From Macrostomum lignano (taxonomy: Eukaryota): DNA of 64,000 nucleotides. The position numbers and the translations under genes are program-made. Where the stretch lies: positions 304,985 to 368,984 of the forward strand of contig NIVC01000755.1 in assembly GCA_002269645.1 (NCBI GenBank), in the 5' to 3' direction. Positions 1 through 12,717 of the stretch are shown here, in pieces. The first letter of the stretch is position 1, and each line of letters starts with the position of its first letter. The notes under the pieces are model-generated. The model saw only the letters and a list, made by a program, of their open reading frames with translations. It did not search any database and was not told the DNA's origin.

Positions 1-973
1 GTGTCAGTGGCTCTCTGGTCGAGTGCGGTTCCTATAATTACAATGGCTATATTAATAATTTTTGTGTTAAGCTTTGAGAGAAAGGTATTTTTTGTTAAAA
101 TGAATTACGAATTGCTAGGATGGGTCCAACAGGATCTTCAGAACTTCAGATGTTTAGAGAGAATAAGTTTCCATTTTAAAATTAGAGAATTAAAGACAAT
201 TAAATTTTACTAAATTAAGAACTTTTAAGATTAAGGATTACTAGGGAAACAAATACCGGAGTTCGCGATTGCATTAAATTCGACGCTAGAAAATCCCTAA
301 CCTTCATCTGTGTCCCATCCAGCTTCCGTGAGCCACGCCTCCTAACAGGCCCAATGCCAGTAAACAGTAATTATTTTCAATTCAAGTCCCATTGCTAAGC
401 GTGTCAGAACAAAGCAGAGCAGACCTTACTGTAGAAAAGATCAGTAGGAAATCGGAAAGTTTGCTGGCATGCATGGACGGCCGAGTTTGCGCATGCATAA
501 TTCAGAGCCAAGGGGCATCGGCAAAGAGCCCTGAGCAGTCAGGCTGTAAGAGTTAGAAGAAAAAGAAGTCCGAAAGTTGGCGCCCGCCATCCCACCCAGA
601 CGGACGCTGCGAGACGGAACCGATGAATGATGAAGGCTGGGAGAGGCTGGGAGAGGATTACTGCTAGCCCGAGGGCTCGAATAGATTGGCTTGCTTTTAG
701 TCTAGCCAGCCGTGAGAGGAGTCTGGGTATGGACTGTCCAAGTCGAAAGCAAAGTGCAGCAGATCCGGTGTGTGCAGCACCAGCTGTCCCGGGCTGACAA
801 TGTCCGATGCAGTGATGGGCCTCAGTGCGACATCTTATAGACCCAGCGGCCTGGTGGCTTTGTGGCCGCATATTAATCGGATTAACGATGGCGGTGGAGT
901 CTGTGTCATATATTAGCCTTAGAATGGGACTTCCATCAGATGTCCATTTATCACTGGTGTTTACGCGCATAGT

Positions 974-2048
974 GTTCACATTGCAGTGTGGCCTCTGCTG
1001 TGTCAGTTCACATTGCAGTGTGGCCTCTGCTGTGTCAGTTCACATTGCTATGTAGCCTCTGAACTGACACAGCAGAGGCCACACTGCAATTTGAACTGAC
1101 ACAGCACATTGCATTGTAGCCTCTGCTGTGTCAGTTCACATTGCAGTGTGGCCTCTGCTGTGTCAGTTCACATTGCAGTGTGGCCTCTGCTGTGTCAGTT
1201 CACATTGCTATGTAGCCTCTGAACTGACACAGCAGAGGCCACACTGCAATTTGAACTGACACAGCACATTGCATTGTAGCCTCAGCTGTGTCAGTTCACA
1301 TTGCAGTGTGGCCTCTGCTGTGTCAGTTCACATTGCAGTGTGGCCTCTGCTGTGTCAGTTCACATTGCTATGTAGCCTCTGAACTGACACAGCAGAGGCC
1401 ACACTGCAATTTGAACTGACACAGCACATTGCATTGTAGCCTCAGCTGTGTCAGTTCACATTGCAGTGTGGCCTCTGCTGTGTCAGTTCAAATTGCAGTG
1501 TAGCCTCTGCTGTGTCAGTTCACATTGCAGTGTAGCCTCTGCTGTGTCAGTTCACATTGCAGTGTAGCCTCTGCTGTGTCAGTTCACATTGCAGTGCGGC
1601 CTCTGCTGTGTCAGTTCACATTGCAGTGTAGCCTCTGCTGTGTCAGTTCACATTGCAGTGTAGCCTCTGCTGTGTCAGTTCACATTGCAGTGTGGCCTCT
1701 GCTGTGTCAGTTCACATTGCAGTGTGGCCTCTGCTGTGTCAGTTCACATTGCAGTGTAGCCTCTGCTGTGTCAGTTCACATTGCAGTGTGGCCTCTGCTG
1801 TGTCAGTTCACATTGCAGTGTGGCCTCTGCTGTGTCAGTTCACATTGCAGTGTGGCCTCTGCTGTGTCAGTTCACATTGCAGTGTGGCCTCTGCTGTGTC
1901 AGTTCACATTGCAGTGTAGCCTCTGCTGTGTCAGTTCACATTGCAGTGTAGCCTCTGCTGTGTCAGTTCACATTGCAGTGTGGCCTCTGCTGTGTCAGTT
2001 AACATTGCAGTGCGGCCTCTGCTGTGTCAGTTCACATTGCAGTGTCTC
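974..2048. repeat. 32-bp minisatellite (TTCACATTGCAGTGTGGCCTCTGCTGTGTCAG); left part organised as a 160-bp higher-order repeat with an inverted segment
   Basis: Direct reading of tandem units; reverse-complement copies at 1061-1106, 1221-1266 and 1381-1426. Confidence 0.95.
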
Positions 2049-4210
2049 TGCTCATATTGCTAATTACGGTGAAGGCAAAACTCATCAGATTATTGCCTCA
2101 GAGATTCATCATCCCAGCTTGAATATTATTGCTATTCCGTCACATTAATTAGCTGAATTGAGCCTTCGGCAGTGGTGCAGCGTTTATAGTACACTTGACC
2201 CGAGGCGAGTCACTTGTCAATCATCTTCATACAATTGGAGGCAGAGCTGAGCTTCCTCAGCTAGCTCATACCAAGTGCCTGATACGCCCGTGAGTTATCT
2301 GAGTATATCTAAAGACAGAGTCAAGTAGGATTTCCCCTGACCAACCGGGATAAATTCGTTATTTGCTCTGTCCAGCCCAATGGATTTTGACAAGCCTGTC
2401 TGCCCTCTCTTTTTATTTGCTCGGTTCTGCAGCCAGCCGTTCCCCGGCCGGGCTGACAGGCGGTTTAGCTGGATGCGCGCAGACACGCACGATTCAGGCG
2501 TGGCCACCCATGGCGTGGCGTGGGCTCGCCGGGTGCGTGACTCGAAGTCTTTCTCTGCATGCTGCAGATGATCTGGGCATGCACAGACGTCTCTCTCATC
2601 CCGTCACTAGAAATCCTCTTTTTTGGAATCGTTTTATCAATGAACGCTCCCAATAGAGAGGGGTTGATAGACACTAGATGCTGCAGCTGGCACTGCTCGC
2701 TTCATCGCCACGCGAGCACTTCCGTATTCAGCAGCGAGGTTTTGTCAGCCAAGCGTGGCTGAGAGGCAGGCAGGCAAAAAGCAAAACATGCTCCCTGCAG
2801 ATCAACACGCAGTCAGACGCAGAGCCGCTATGGATAAAATAACGACAGCACATTGCAGACATTGGGCATGTGGCGCTACTGCAGGCTGGAGGGCACAGGA
2901 TAGAGATGAGGAGAGAGGCAGGGCGCAAATGTCAGTTGAGGCCATGGCAGGGGGCGGCGTCTCCAATTCCCCATTCCATAAACAGCCATGCGGGCGATCC
3001 CAGGCTCTCTCATATCTCAAACGCCCAACCCCCACTGTCCCACAGTCGATTCCAGCTCAATCCCGTGGGGCTCGGAACGGCGAGGCCCTAATCAGAGAGA
3101 CTGCGGGGAAATTAAAATGCCCGTCAGCCAGCCGCAGGGGAGGCCGGGGAAGTCATCGTTGGCAAGGGAGTAATATAAAACAGAGCATTTGCAAAGACTG
3201 ACGCGAAAGGATGCCTCCTTGGGGAGCTGCAACTCAATATTCTTCTTGCTCTCTGCTCTCCTCAGTCCAAGTCGGAGCCCAGATTGGGGCGAGACGGATA
3301 AATTGACACTGAATGCCAGGAGTGATGAGGCATAGCTAAGGTTTCTTCCGAATGATTTCCGTCCTATCGCGAGTGATAGTGTCGCGATTATTGATTGATT
3401 CCTTGTACTACTTCCTTGTTCATCTCTTACCAGACCCTCCGCCCTGTCCTTGGAAGACTGGCTGCACACCAACCCCGCCACAGGTGACGATCTTACGAGC
3501 TACGTACGATGCTGTTACAACAACAAGGACGTCGATCGTAGTCCGTGGGGTCCGTGGCGTTGTTTATGGGGGCATTTAATGTTCAAAAAACAGTTCACAC
3601 AGAGGGGAGAAAGTGGGACGCTTGCGGTTAGATTATCTTCTAGTCCAGGTCCTTGAGTGAAAACTATTCAGAGGTTTTGTCTTGAACGATAAAGTTGTGA
3701 AGCTATGTATTTTAATTAATTTAAAATGGTCGTTAAAATCCTTATTTTTCGTTTTAAGTTTTAATGTCATTCATTAACCTACCTACATGTATAAGTCGTC
3801 CTTGCTCATAGAGTCATAACTCACAAACGCTGTATAAAACATGATAGTCAAACGTTAATGGGACAAAGCAGAAATCAAAGATCGGAATTATTTGCAAAAA
3901 ATGCTTTCTGTCTTAGTCTTAAAAAAATTATCAGAAACATTCCACACATGTTACTTGTTAAAATATATGCTGCATTTTCAGTCGCTGCATTTTTTGGCGC
4001 GAATTCGAAAAGCACGAAAATTCTAATTTCCGTAGAATCGTCCTCCGAACCAACCGAGCAAGGGGTGAATAAAAGTTACTGTACGAGGTCTTTCACAGCT
4101 CCCTGTCCCACTGTTCCTACTGAATTAGATATTATCGCTGACTTTCAAACATATCAAAGTTATTTTGGTTAGTCTTTTGGCATTGAAGTTAAAAAGAGAG
4201 TGAGCGAAAA

Positions 4211-4271
4211 ATGAATATTATTCGAAAACTCGGGAATACCCAACAGTCGAAAAAGAGTGATCCTTCAGATG
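4211..4271 (+). CDS. PRKACA: PKA catalytic subunit, probable coding exon 1 (MNIIRKLGNTQQSKKSDPSD, phase 1)
   Basis: ATG 4211, open for 61 nt, strong donor G|GTGAGT at 4272. Phase 1 fits exon 2 (G|TC AAA = Val-Lys). GNxxxxKKxDP resembles PKA-C N-termini. Confidence 0.75.
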
Positions 4272-5990
4272 GTGAGTATCTGTGAATTTTCAAATAAAAA
4301 TAGAAAACAACCTTTTAAGCTCCAACTATGTCTTGGTGATATACTATACAGTAGTTTATTTCTGTGCTGGGTTTCAGTACTAAAATATGAATGTTTGATT
4401 ATTAGGCTACATTATATATTCTTTAAAAGATACACTTAATTTAATATATATAATATTAATATCCTTAATATGGGTAGAGAAGTTTATATTTGCAAAAAAT
4501 ATATGTAACGAATGCAAAAAAAAATTAAAAGAATAATCTAACAATAAAAAAGAAATAATTTTTTGTTTGCTTATACTCTTTGTCTTAATATTTAATTAAA
4601 ATATTGATTTGAATATTGAATTAGAGATACAATAACATGATATTCAAAAACAAATTTATAGCAAAGCAAAACAAATATACCTGCAATTAAATTATGGTTA
4701 AAAAGGGTTATAAACCTTCAGTTACCATTTTGGCTTTATTTATTTTGCTCAACAAAGAAACTATTTGAAAAAACATGTTATTGTTTGAAAGGTATAGGAA
4801 AAGGCAGAAAAGTTAAAGTAAGAAGGTTTAAAAAGCAAAAATTAAAAAGATATATAATAGTCTATTAAATGTTTAGTTGTCAAATTTATGTATAAAAGAA
4901 AGTTCCTCTAATATAAAAGTATTTTTCTTTATAAAAATATCATCACTGATTACCAAATTAATATTCATAAGGTAATGATTGATCTAGCTATCAATAATAT
5001 GGCATATATATAATAATAATAATAATAAATATTGAACTAATAAAAGTTGTACATTATTGCTATATTTTATTATTACTTTGGTCTTAGAATAACATTGATA
5101 TAAAAGGCAAAAGCAAGTTGCAAGGCATAGGTTATATAAGATCAATTTTAAGATCAGAAAGAACAGGATTGGGATCTTCTTTATTTAGTATTGAAAAAAG
5201 ATAGTTTTTGATATATTGTATTTTATTTAATAGGAAAAAGTAAGACAACATAGAAGAAAAGGCTACAAAACATATATTTACAATAAGATATAGATATATA
5301 TCACTAGAACATCTAGAGATTGGGCCTAAATTAAGGTGTAAATTAATATATTATAGCAGCAATAACATTTTTGGCTAAACATGACATTAGATCAACAAGG
5401 TAAAATTTAAGTGCTAGTATATTAGAGACAAGATAGAATCTAAATCTCAATCTTAAAATCTTATAATCCAAGCAAAAAATGAAGATCTCCTCTACCCATT
5501 CCAAAGAATTTAATCCTGTTTGGCCTTTATATAGTATGCTTACAAGTGTTAGACACATGACTGAGGATTCCAAAATCCTAAAGTCTTCTGATCACTAGGG
5601 TCATATAATCCTAGTTTTTTTAATCTTAGAATGTTCCTGGGATCTTGTAGGTTAGTTTCAGGGTTTCCCAGGATAACCTAGATTTAAAGGCCAAGAAAAT
5701 CCTGGGATCTTAGGATCAACTTCCCTAATGCAAATGGACCACTACCTTCCTGATATAATAGGTCAAACTTCTTGAAACTGCAACTAACTGATTTCAATAG
5801 TAACATTTATGTAAGAGCTATAAGGAATTTTTATGTTTAAATTGACCATCATAGACCTACTCGAACATATGGTGCCCAGTAGGCCCTAAGTTAGAAATTT
5901 CCCACATCTTGAACTCAGTTATAAATAGTTGCTCAAATGATGGTGGCGACAGTGCAACAGTAATCCCCCACCCCATCCCATTTCTCCCAG

Positions 5991-6181
5991 TCAAAGCCTT
6001 TCTGGAGGAGGCCAAGAAGGACTTCCAGGAGAAATGGGACCGGCCGGCCCAGAACACGGCCCAGCTGGACGACTTCGACCGGATCCGCACCCTGGGCACC
6101 GGCAGCTTCGGCCGGGTGATGCTGGTGCAGCACAAGCAGAAGAAGGATTTCTACGCAATGAAGATTCTCGACAAGCAGAAG
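5991..6181 (+). CDS. PRKACA: PKA-C exon 2 ([16 protein letters not shown]...[12 protein letters not shown]...[10 protein letters not shown]): Gly-rich loop and catalytic Lys
   Basis: Acceptor tttctcccag|; GTGSFG motif; 191 nt; ends at KQK with a GC donor (AAG|GCGAGT). Confidence 0.95.
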
Positions 6182-6255
6182 GCGAGTCTGCGACTTTTTG
6201 CATTGATGCTTTGCTGAGGCTTTGATTGACCACCTTTGGTACTTCCTCGATTGCT

Positions 6256-6572
6256 CCATCTTTGCAGTGAGGCAGTTGGTCATCACCCCATCTTTGGAGT
6301 GAGGCAGTTGGTCATCACCCCATATTTGCAGTGAGGCAGTTGGTCATCACCCCATCTTTGTAGTGAGGCAGTTGATCATCACCCCATCTTTGCAGTGAGG
6401 CAGTTGGTCATCACCCCATCTTTGGAGTGAGGCAGTTGGTCATCACCCCATACTTGCAGTGAGGCAGTTGGTCATCACCCCATCTTTGGAGTGAGGCAGT
6501 TGGTCATCACCCCATACTTGCAGTGAGGCAGTTGGTCATCACCCCATCTTTGGAGTGAGGCAGTTGGTCATT
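6256..6572. repeat. 32-bp minisatellite (CCATCTTTGCAGTGAGGCAGTTGGTCATCACC), ~10 copies, PKA intron 2
   Basis: Tandem units read directly. Confidence 0.93.
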
Positions 6573-7664
6573 ATTGCAGTGGGTTGGTCATTGCCCTAGT
6601 CTAGTAGTAAATTCGTCATTATCTCCAAGCCTCTCATCATCATCATCGTAGAGATTTCTGTCTCCAGGTCGCGAGATCGCGAGAAAGCGACAGGGCGACT
6701 CCTCTTTTGTCGCAAGCCGACGGCTGAGGCGGAGTCTAGAAATCCACAGCCAGCAGCCACCGCCCCCCGAGGCTTGAAAGCCTGCAGCGCGACCGGGCCT
6801 TTGACGCTCTGCCCCGCCCCAACCCCCTCCGCTTTCATATCTGCATCGCCCTAATTACAGGAGACTGACCTCGAGCTGATGCAGCGAATATTCTGCATCG
6901 CGTCCTCTTATTTCTCTCCCCCGCTCTTGCCATCCATCCGGCTCTATAATCTTGCCCCCCCTTTGGCCTTGAAGCAGAGTGAAGTCGCCTCTTTAGCTGC
7001 GTCTTGCCAGTTACTTTTTCCCTCCTATAGACTGCTGCCCTGCCGGCTTGCTGCGCCAGCGCTTGGGCAAAAAAACACATTGTTGTTCCCTGCTCGGCTC
7101 TGTTCGAATCTTGCCTGCCCCCGGCCTCAACTGCCGCACAACAACACAGCCTCAACGCAAGATCCAAGCTAAACGAATTACTTGTTGTGCATACTTGACC
7201 CCCCCATCCCAGTGCAAACATTGGCGAGTTTAGCGGAGTCTCAGGGCTGAGCAACTTGCCAGCCAACCCGCCTGCGGAGCTGTTACTGTCGCGCGGTTTT
7301 CTGTTCAAAATTCAAAAAGCCGCGGCTCGCTTTCAGTTTTATCTTTACTTCTAGGCGAGCAAACAGTTTATATGCGTTGAGCTTAATAACTGCTCGATCT
7401 CCAAACATCTGCGCAGTGTTTGCCTTGAGACAGACTAACTTATACATACGAGTGCATATGACGGAGTGTGGGACCATTTAAACGAAGCGCCGTTATATTT
7501 TTGCGCGCCCCACGAGCCAGGGGTTGCAAGATGGAAATTTTATGTAAAAAAACTAACCCCGGTGAGAAATAGTGCTGTTAGTATAGAGCGGATCGGCCCT
7601 GCTGTTTAATGCTCCGTTGCAATAAAGGTCCTGACCTCTTGGCCAGCTTGTAAAACCAAACATT

Positions 7665-8271
7665 TGAGGGTGAGAATGTTTAAGCTGAGATTATCAGCTG
7701 GGTGAGACTGTTTAAGCTGACAGTATCAGCTGGGTGAGACTGTTTAAGCTGAGATTATCAGCTGGGTGAGACTGTTTAAGCTGAGATTATCAGCTGGGTG
7801 AGAATGTTTAAGCTGAGATTATCAGCTGGGTGAGACTGTTTAAGCTGAGATTATCAGCTGGTTGATACTGTCTAAGCTGACATTATCAGCTGGGTGAGAC
7901 TGTCTAAGCTGACATTATCAGCTGGGTGAGACTGTCTAAGCTGACATTATCAGCTGGGTGAGACTGTCTACGCTGAGATTATCAGCTGGGTGAGACTGTC
8001 TAAGCTGAGATTATCAGCTGGGTGAGACTGTTTAGGCTAACATTATCAGCTGGGTGAGACTGTTTAAGCTGACATTATCAGCTGGGTGAGACTGTTTAAG
8101 CTGACATTATCAGCTGGGTGAGACTGTTTGAGCTGAGATTATCAGCTGGGTGAGACTGTTTAAGCTGACATTATCAGCTGACTGAGACTGTCTAAGCTGA
8201 CATTATCAGCTGGGTGAGACTGTTTAAGCTAACATTATCAGCTGGGTGAGACTGTCTAAGCTGAGATTATC
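7665..8271. repeat. 32-bp minisatellite (AGCTGGGTGAGACTGTTTAAGCTGAGATTATC), ~19 copies
   Basis: Tandem units read directly. Confidence 0.93.
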
Positions 8272-9429
8272 AAGCACGATCTTAGACAAAGAGATTCTAA
8301 AGCAGAAATTATTCGACTGAGTGGGGCAGTTCCAGACCAGATGGCACCTACAAAGAGCTGAGGTAGTCAGAGACAGACAGCATTTATGCGAGCAGCAGGC
8401 AGTCTATATTTAGCCGTTTTCTGCTGTCGAAAACTGTGCAAAAACATTCCTTGGAGCTCAAGGAAGCGATGCTAGATAAGAGGCGGCCTGCCACGGCCCC
8501 AGACTCTCCAGCTCTGCATCGCCAGCTCTGTCTGCTCCTCCCACGCCCTCACCCGCCAGCTTCCTGTGGCTGCAGCTCACGCGTTCTCCGAAGCCGGGGC
8601 GCGAGTAGCCTCAAGCTGTCTTACCGGTTACTAAATGGTTGTTGCGAGGCCCGCCTTGCAGATTCCTCTCTCTCTCCTCCCCGCTCACCTCCAGCCCCCC
8701 CCCCGCAGTCGGGAAGCTGCTCGGCTGTTTCTTGTGCTCGCCTCCCCCTTTCGGCGACAAGATGCCGCTTTTCTTACCCAGCCGCAAGCCTCTGTAGCTG
8801 AAATCCCAGCCAGTGAGGCAGCTTCCCCTTATGCTTTCCCATACTTCCTTGACTGACGGAACTCTCTTCTCCAACACCCAAGTCCTGCCTGTATCTCCTC
8901 TCATTCCCGGCTCCGCATGCTAGAGAGTGCGACCGCTGACCGGTCTGACCGATCGACTGGCTGACTGACTGAGCGCCGAGGACACTGGGGGAGGCGGGAG
9001 AGGGAAAGTGCAAAAATGAGAATAATTAAATTGTCTCGCGCCTTCACTCACTCACTCTCCCTTCCCATGCCGCTCCCTCTGAGAGAGCGGATAAGAAATG
9101 AAGGATGAGAAAGAGGACGAACCCGAGTAAAGATGAGGCAGCAAAGAGTCTGGGAAATTAGATTCGCATATATTATATCTATAATAATGAAATATAAAAT
9201 AAGCCTGCAGGCCCGAGGGCCCCGCAATCACGGGCGCTGCTCTGTCGGGCTGAGCGCGTGCCTGGCCTGCGTTGATCTCTCAACTCGCCGCGATGTCAAA
9301 ATGCAGGCGGCCTTCACTATTCATTCTATTCCCAGCTCTCTCGCGCTGCTTGGGGAATAACTTATTAGCTATCTTTTCCGGCAGGGATTTTTGTGGGATT
9401 AATTATTTGTTGGGAATTTCTGATAAAAC

Positions 9430-9520
<91 letters not shown>

Positions 9521-9538
9521 GCCTGCCTGCCTGTCTGC

Positions 9539-9627
<89 letters not shown>
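9430..9627. repeat. (TCTG)n microsatellite
   Basis: Direct reading. Confidence 0.97.
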
Positions 9628-9728
9628 AACAGGGAAAATGTTTATGCCTCGCAAAGCAAGGCTATTTCAATTGCCTTACCGTAAAGTATATATTAAAAAC
9701 AGCGAGATCCATGACTCGAATGCCGCAG

Positions 9729-9827
9729 GTCGTGAAGCTGAAGCAGATCGAGCACACGCTGAACGAGAAGCGAATCCTGCAGGCGATCAGCTTTCCGTTC
9801 CTGGTGCGGCTCGACTATCATTTCAAG
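9729..9827 (+). CDS. PRKACA: PKA-C exon 3 ([33 protein letters not shown]), alphaC helix
   Basis: ccgcag| acceptor, |GTGAGC donor, 99 nt, near-canonical PKA sequence. Confidence 0.97.
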
Positions 9828-9929
9828 GTGAGCTGCGAGGCACCTGGGCGCCTCTCTGATTTCTATATCTGCCTGTATATTAGCTGACATTCGAGGGTCA
9901 CGACAATAACAAACATTCTCGATCCGCAG

Positions 9930-10012
9930 GACAACAGCAACCTCTACATGGTGCTGGAATTCGTTAACGGAGGCGAGATGTTCTCCCACCTGCGCCGTAT
10001 TGGACGATTCAG
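9930..10012 (+). CDS. PRKACA: PKA-C exon 4 ([28 protein letters not shown]), hinge
   Basis: ccgcag| acceptor, AG|GTACGC donor, 83 nt, ends in phase 2. Confidence 0.97.
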
Positions 10013-10044
10013 GTACGCAATGCATTGGCTGAGGCATTGGCTTT

Positions 10045-12392
10045 GTGCTTGTGGTGTTCTGTGCTTGTGGTGGTCTGTGCTTGTGGTGTTCTGTGCTTGT
10101 GGTGTTCTGTGCTTGTGGTGTTCTGTGCTTGTGGTGTTCTGTGCTTGTGGTGTTCTGTGCTTGTGGTGTTCTGTGCTTGTGGTGTTCTGTGCTTGTGGTG
10201 TTCTGTGCTTGTGGTGGTCTGTGCTTGTGGTGTTCTGTGCTTGTGGTGTTCTGTGCTTGTGGTGGTCTGTGCTTGTGGTGTTCTGTGCTTGTGGTGTTCT
10301 GTGCTTGTGGTGTTCTGTGCTTGTGGTGTTCTGTGCTTGTGGTGTTCTGTGCTTGTGGTGGTCTGTGCTTGTGGTGTTCTGTGCTTGTGGTGTTCTGTGC
10401 TTGTGGTGGTCTGTGCTTGTGGTGTTCTGTGCTTGTGGTGGTCTGTGCTTGTGGTGTTCTGTGCTTGTGGTGTTCTGTGCTTGTGGTGTTCTGTGCTTGT
10501 GATGTTCTGTGCTTGTGGTGTTCTGTGCTTGTGGTGTTCTGTGCTTGTGGTGTTCTGTGCTTGTGGTGGTCTGTGCTTGTGGTGTTCTGTGCTTGTGGTG
10601 TTCTGTGCTTGTGGTGTTCTGTGCTTGTGGTGTTCTGTGCTTGTGGTGTTCTGTGCTTGTGGTGTTCTGTGCTTGTGGTGTTCTGTGCTTGTGGTGTTCT
10701 GTGCTTGTGGTGTTCTGTGCTTGTGATGTTCTGTGCTTGTGGTGTTCTGTGCTTGTGATGTTCTGTGCTTGTGGTGGTCTGTGCTTGTGGTGTTCTGTGC
10801 TTGTGGTGTTCTGTGCTTGTGATGTTCTGTGCTTGTGGTGTTCTGTGCTTGTGGTGTTCTGTGCTTGTGATGTTCTGTGCTTGTGGTGTTCTGTGCTTGT
10901 GGTGTTCTGTGCTTGTGGTGTTCTGTGCTTGTGGTGTTCTGTGCTTGTGGTGGTCTGTGCTTGTGGTGTTCTGTGCTTGTGGTGGTCTGTGCTTGTGGTG
11001 TTCTGTGCTTGTGATGTTCTGTGCTTGTGATGTTCTGTGCTTGTGGTGTTCTGTGCTTGTGGTGTTCTGTGCTTGTGGTGTTCTGTGCTTGTGGTGTTCT
11101 GTGCTTGTGGTGTTCTGTGCTTGTGGTGGTCTGTGCTTGTGGTGTTCTGTGCTTGTGATGTTCTGTGCTTGTGGTGTTCTGTGCTTGTGGTGTTCTGTGC
11201 TTGTGATGTTCTGTGCTTGTGGTGTTCTGTGCTTGTGGTGTTCTGTGCTTGTGGTTTTCTGTGCTTGTGGTGTTCTGTGCTTGTGGTGGTCTGTGCTTGT
11301 GGTGTTCTGTGCTTGTGGTGTTCTGTGCTTGTGGTGGTCTGTGCTTGTTGTGTTCTGTGCTTGTGATGTTCTGTGCTTGTGGTGTTCTGTGCTTGTGGTG
11401 TTCTGTGCTTGTGGTTTTCTGTGCTTGTGGTGTTCTGTGCTTGTGGTGTTCTGTGCTTGTGGTGTTCTGTGCTTGTGGTGGTCTGTGCTTGTGGTGTTCT
11501 GTGCTTGTGATGTTCTGTGCTTGTGGTGTTCTGTGCTTGTGGTGTTCTGTGCTTGTGGTTTTCTGTGCTTGTGGTGTTCTGTGCTTGTGGTGGTCTGTGC
11601 TTGTGGTGTTCTGTGCTTGTGGTGTTCTGTGCTTGTGGTGGTCTGTGCTTGTGGTGTTCTGTGCTTGTGATGTTCTGTGCTTGTGGTGTTCTGTGCTTGT
11701 GGTGTTCTGTGCTTGTGGTGGTCTGTGCTTGTGGTGTTCTGTGCTTGTGGTGTTCTGTGCTTGTGGTGTTCTGTGCTTGTGGTGGTCTGTGCTTGTGGTG
11801 TTCTGTGCTTGTGATGTTCTGTGCTTGTGGTGTTCTGTGCTTGTGGTGTTCTGTGCTTGTGGTGTTCTGTGCTTGTGGTGTTCTGTGCTTGTGGTGTTCT
11901 GTGCTTGTGGTTTTCTGTGCTTGTGGTGTTCTGTGCTTGTGGTGTTCTGTGCTTGTGGTGTTCTGTGCTTGTGGTGGTCTGTGCTTGTGGTGTTCTGTGC
12001 TTGTGATGTTCTGTGCTTGTGGTGTTCTGTGCTTGTGGTGTTCTGTGCTTGTGGTTTTCTGTGCTTGTGGTGTTCTGTGCTTGTGGTGGTCTGTGCTTGT
12101 GGTGTTCTGTGCTTGTGGTGTTCTGTGCTTGTGGTGGTCTGTGCTTGTGGTGTTCTGTGCTTGTGATGTTCTGTGCTTGTGATGTTCTGTGCTTGTGGTG
12201 TTCTGTGCTTGTGGTGTTCTGTGCTTGTGGTGTTCTGTGCTTGTGGTGTTCTGTGCTTGTGGTGTTCTGTGCTTGTGGTGTTCTGTGCTTGTGGTGGTCT
12301 GTGCTTGTGGTGTTCTGTGCTTGTGATGTTCTGTGCTTGTGGTTTTCTGTGCTTGTGGTGTTCTGTGCTTGTGATGTTCTGTGCTTGTGATG
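10045..12392. repeat. 16-bp minisatellite (GTGCTTGTGGTGTTCT), ~147 copies, filling PKA intron 4
   Basis: Direct reading; source of the spurious HKHRTPQAQ / CACGVLCL ORFs. Confidence 0.98.
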
Positions 12393-12590
12393 CTCCTCTT
12401 TCGGCTGCTCAATCGTCAAACCTTTTGAGATTTGTTGTTCCATAATGGCAAATGAGGAGAAGTCTGCTTTTCTCCTGTTTTTTATCTCTCAAGTGCAGTA
12501 GTTAGTGACGCCATAATCTCTTTGTGAAATGTCATTCAGCTCTGCTGGTTTCATCAATCAACCTGTTAATTATTCGCTCACGTATTCCAG

Positions 12591-12717
12591 CGAGGACGTA
12601 TCCCGCCTGTACGGGGCCCAAATTGTGCTGGCGTTTGAGTACCTGCACCATCTGGACTTGGTGTACAGGGATCTCAAGCCAGAGAATATTCTCATTAACG
12701 CTGATGGATTTCTTAAG
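12591..12717 (+). CDS. PRKACA: PKA-C alternative exon 5A ([43 protein letters not shown])
   Basis: tattccag| acceptor, AAG|GTTTAT donor, 127 nt, intact YRDLKPEN, same phases as 5B. Confidence 0.88.

Noticed and set aside
3434-3483. Candidate 50-nt exon (PSALSLEDWLHTNPAT) with a good acceptor and a phase-1 donor compatible with PKA exon 2
   Set aside because: No ATG inside and no open upstream coding exon found; may be UTR or chance. Worth checking only with RNA-seq
9693-12443. 916-aa and 822-aa His/Thr-rich ORFs and many Cys/Val-rich ORFs
   Set aside because: Read-through of the 16-bp satellite inside PKA intron 4; their non-repeat parts are merely the antisense of PKA exons
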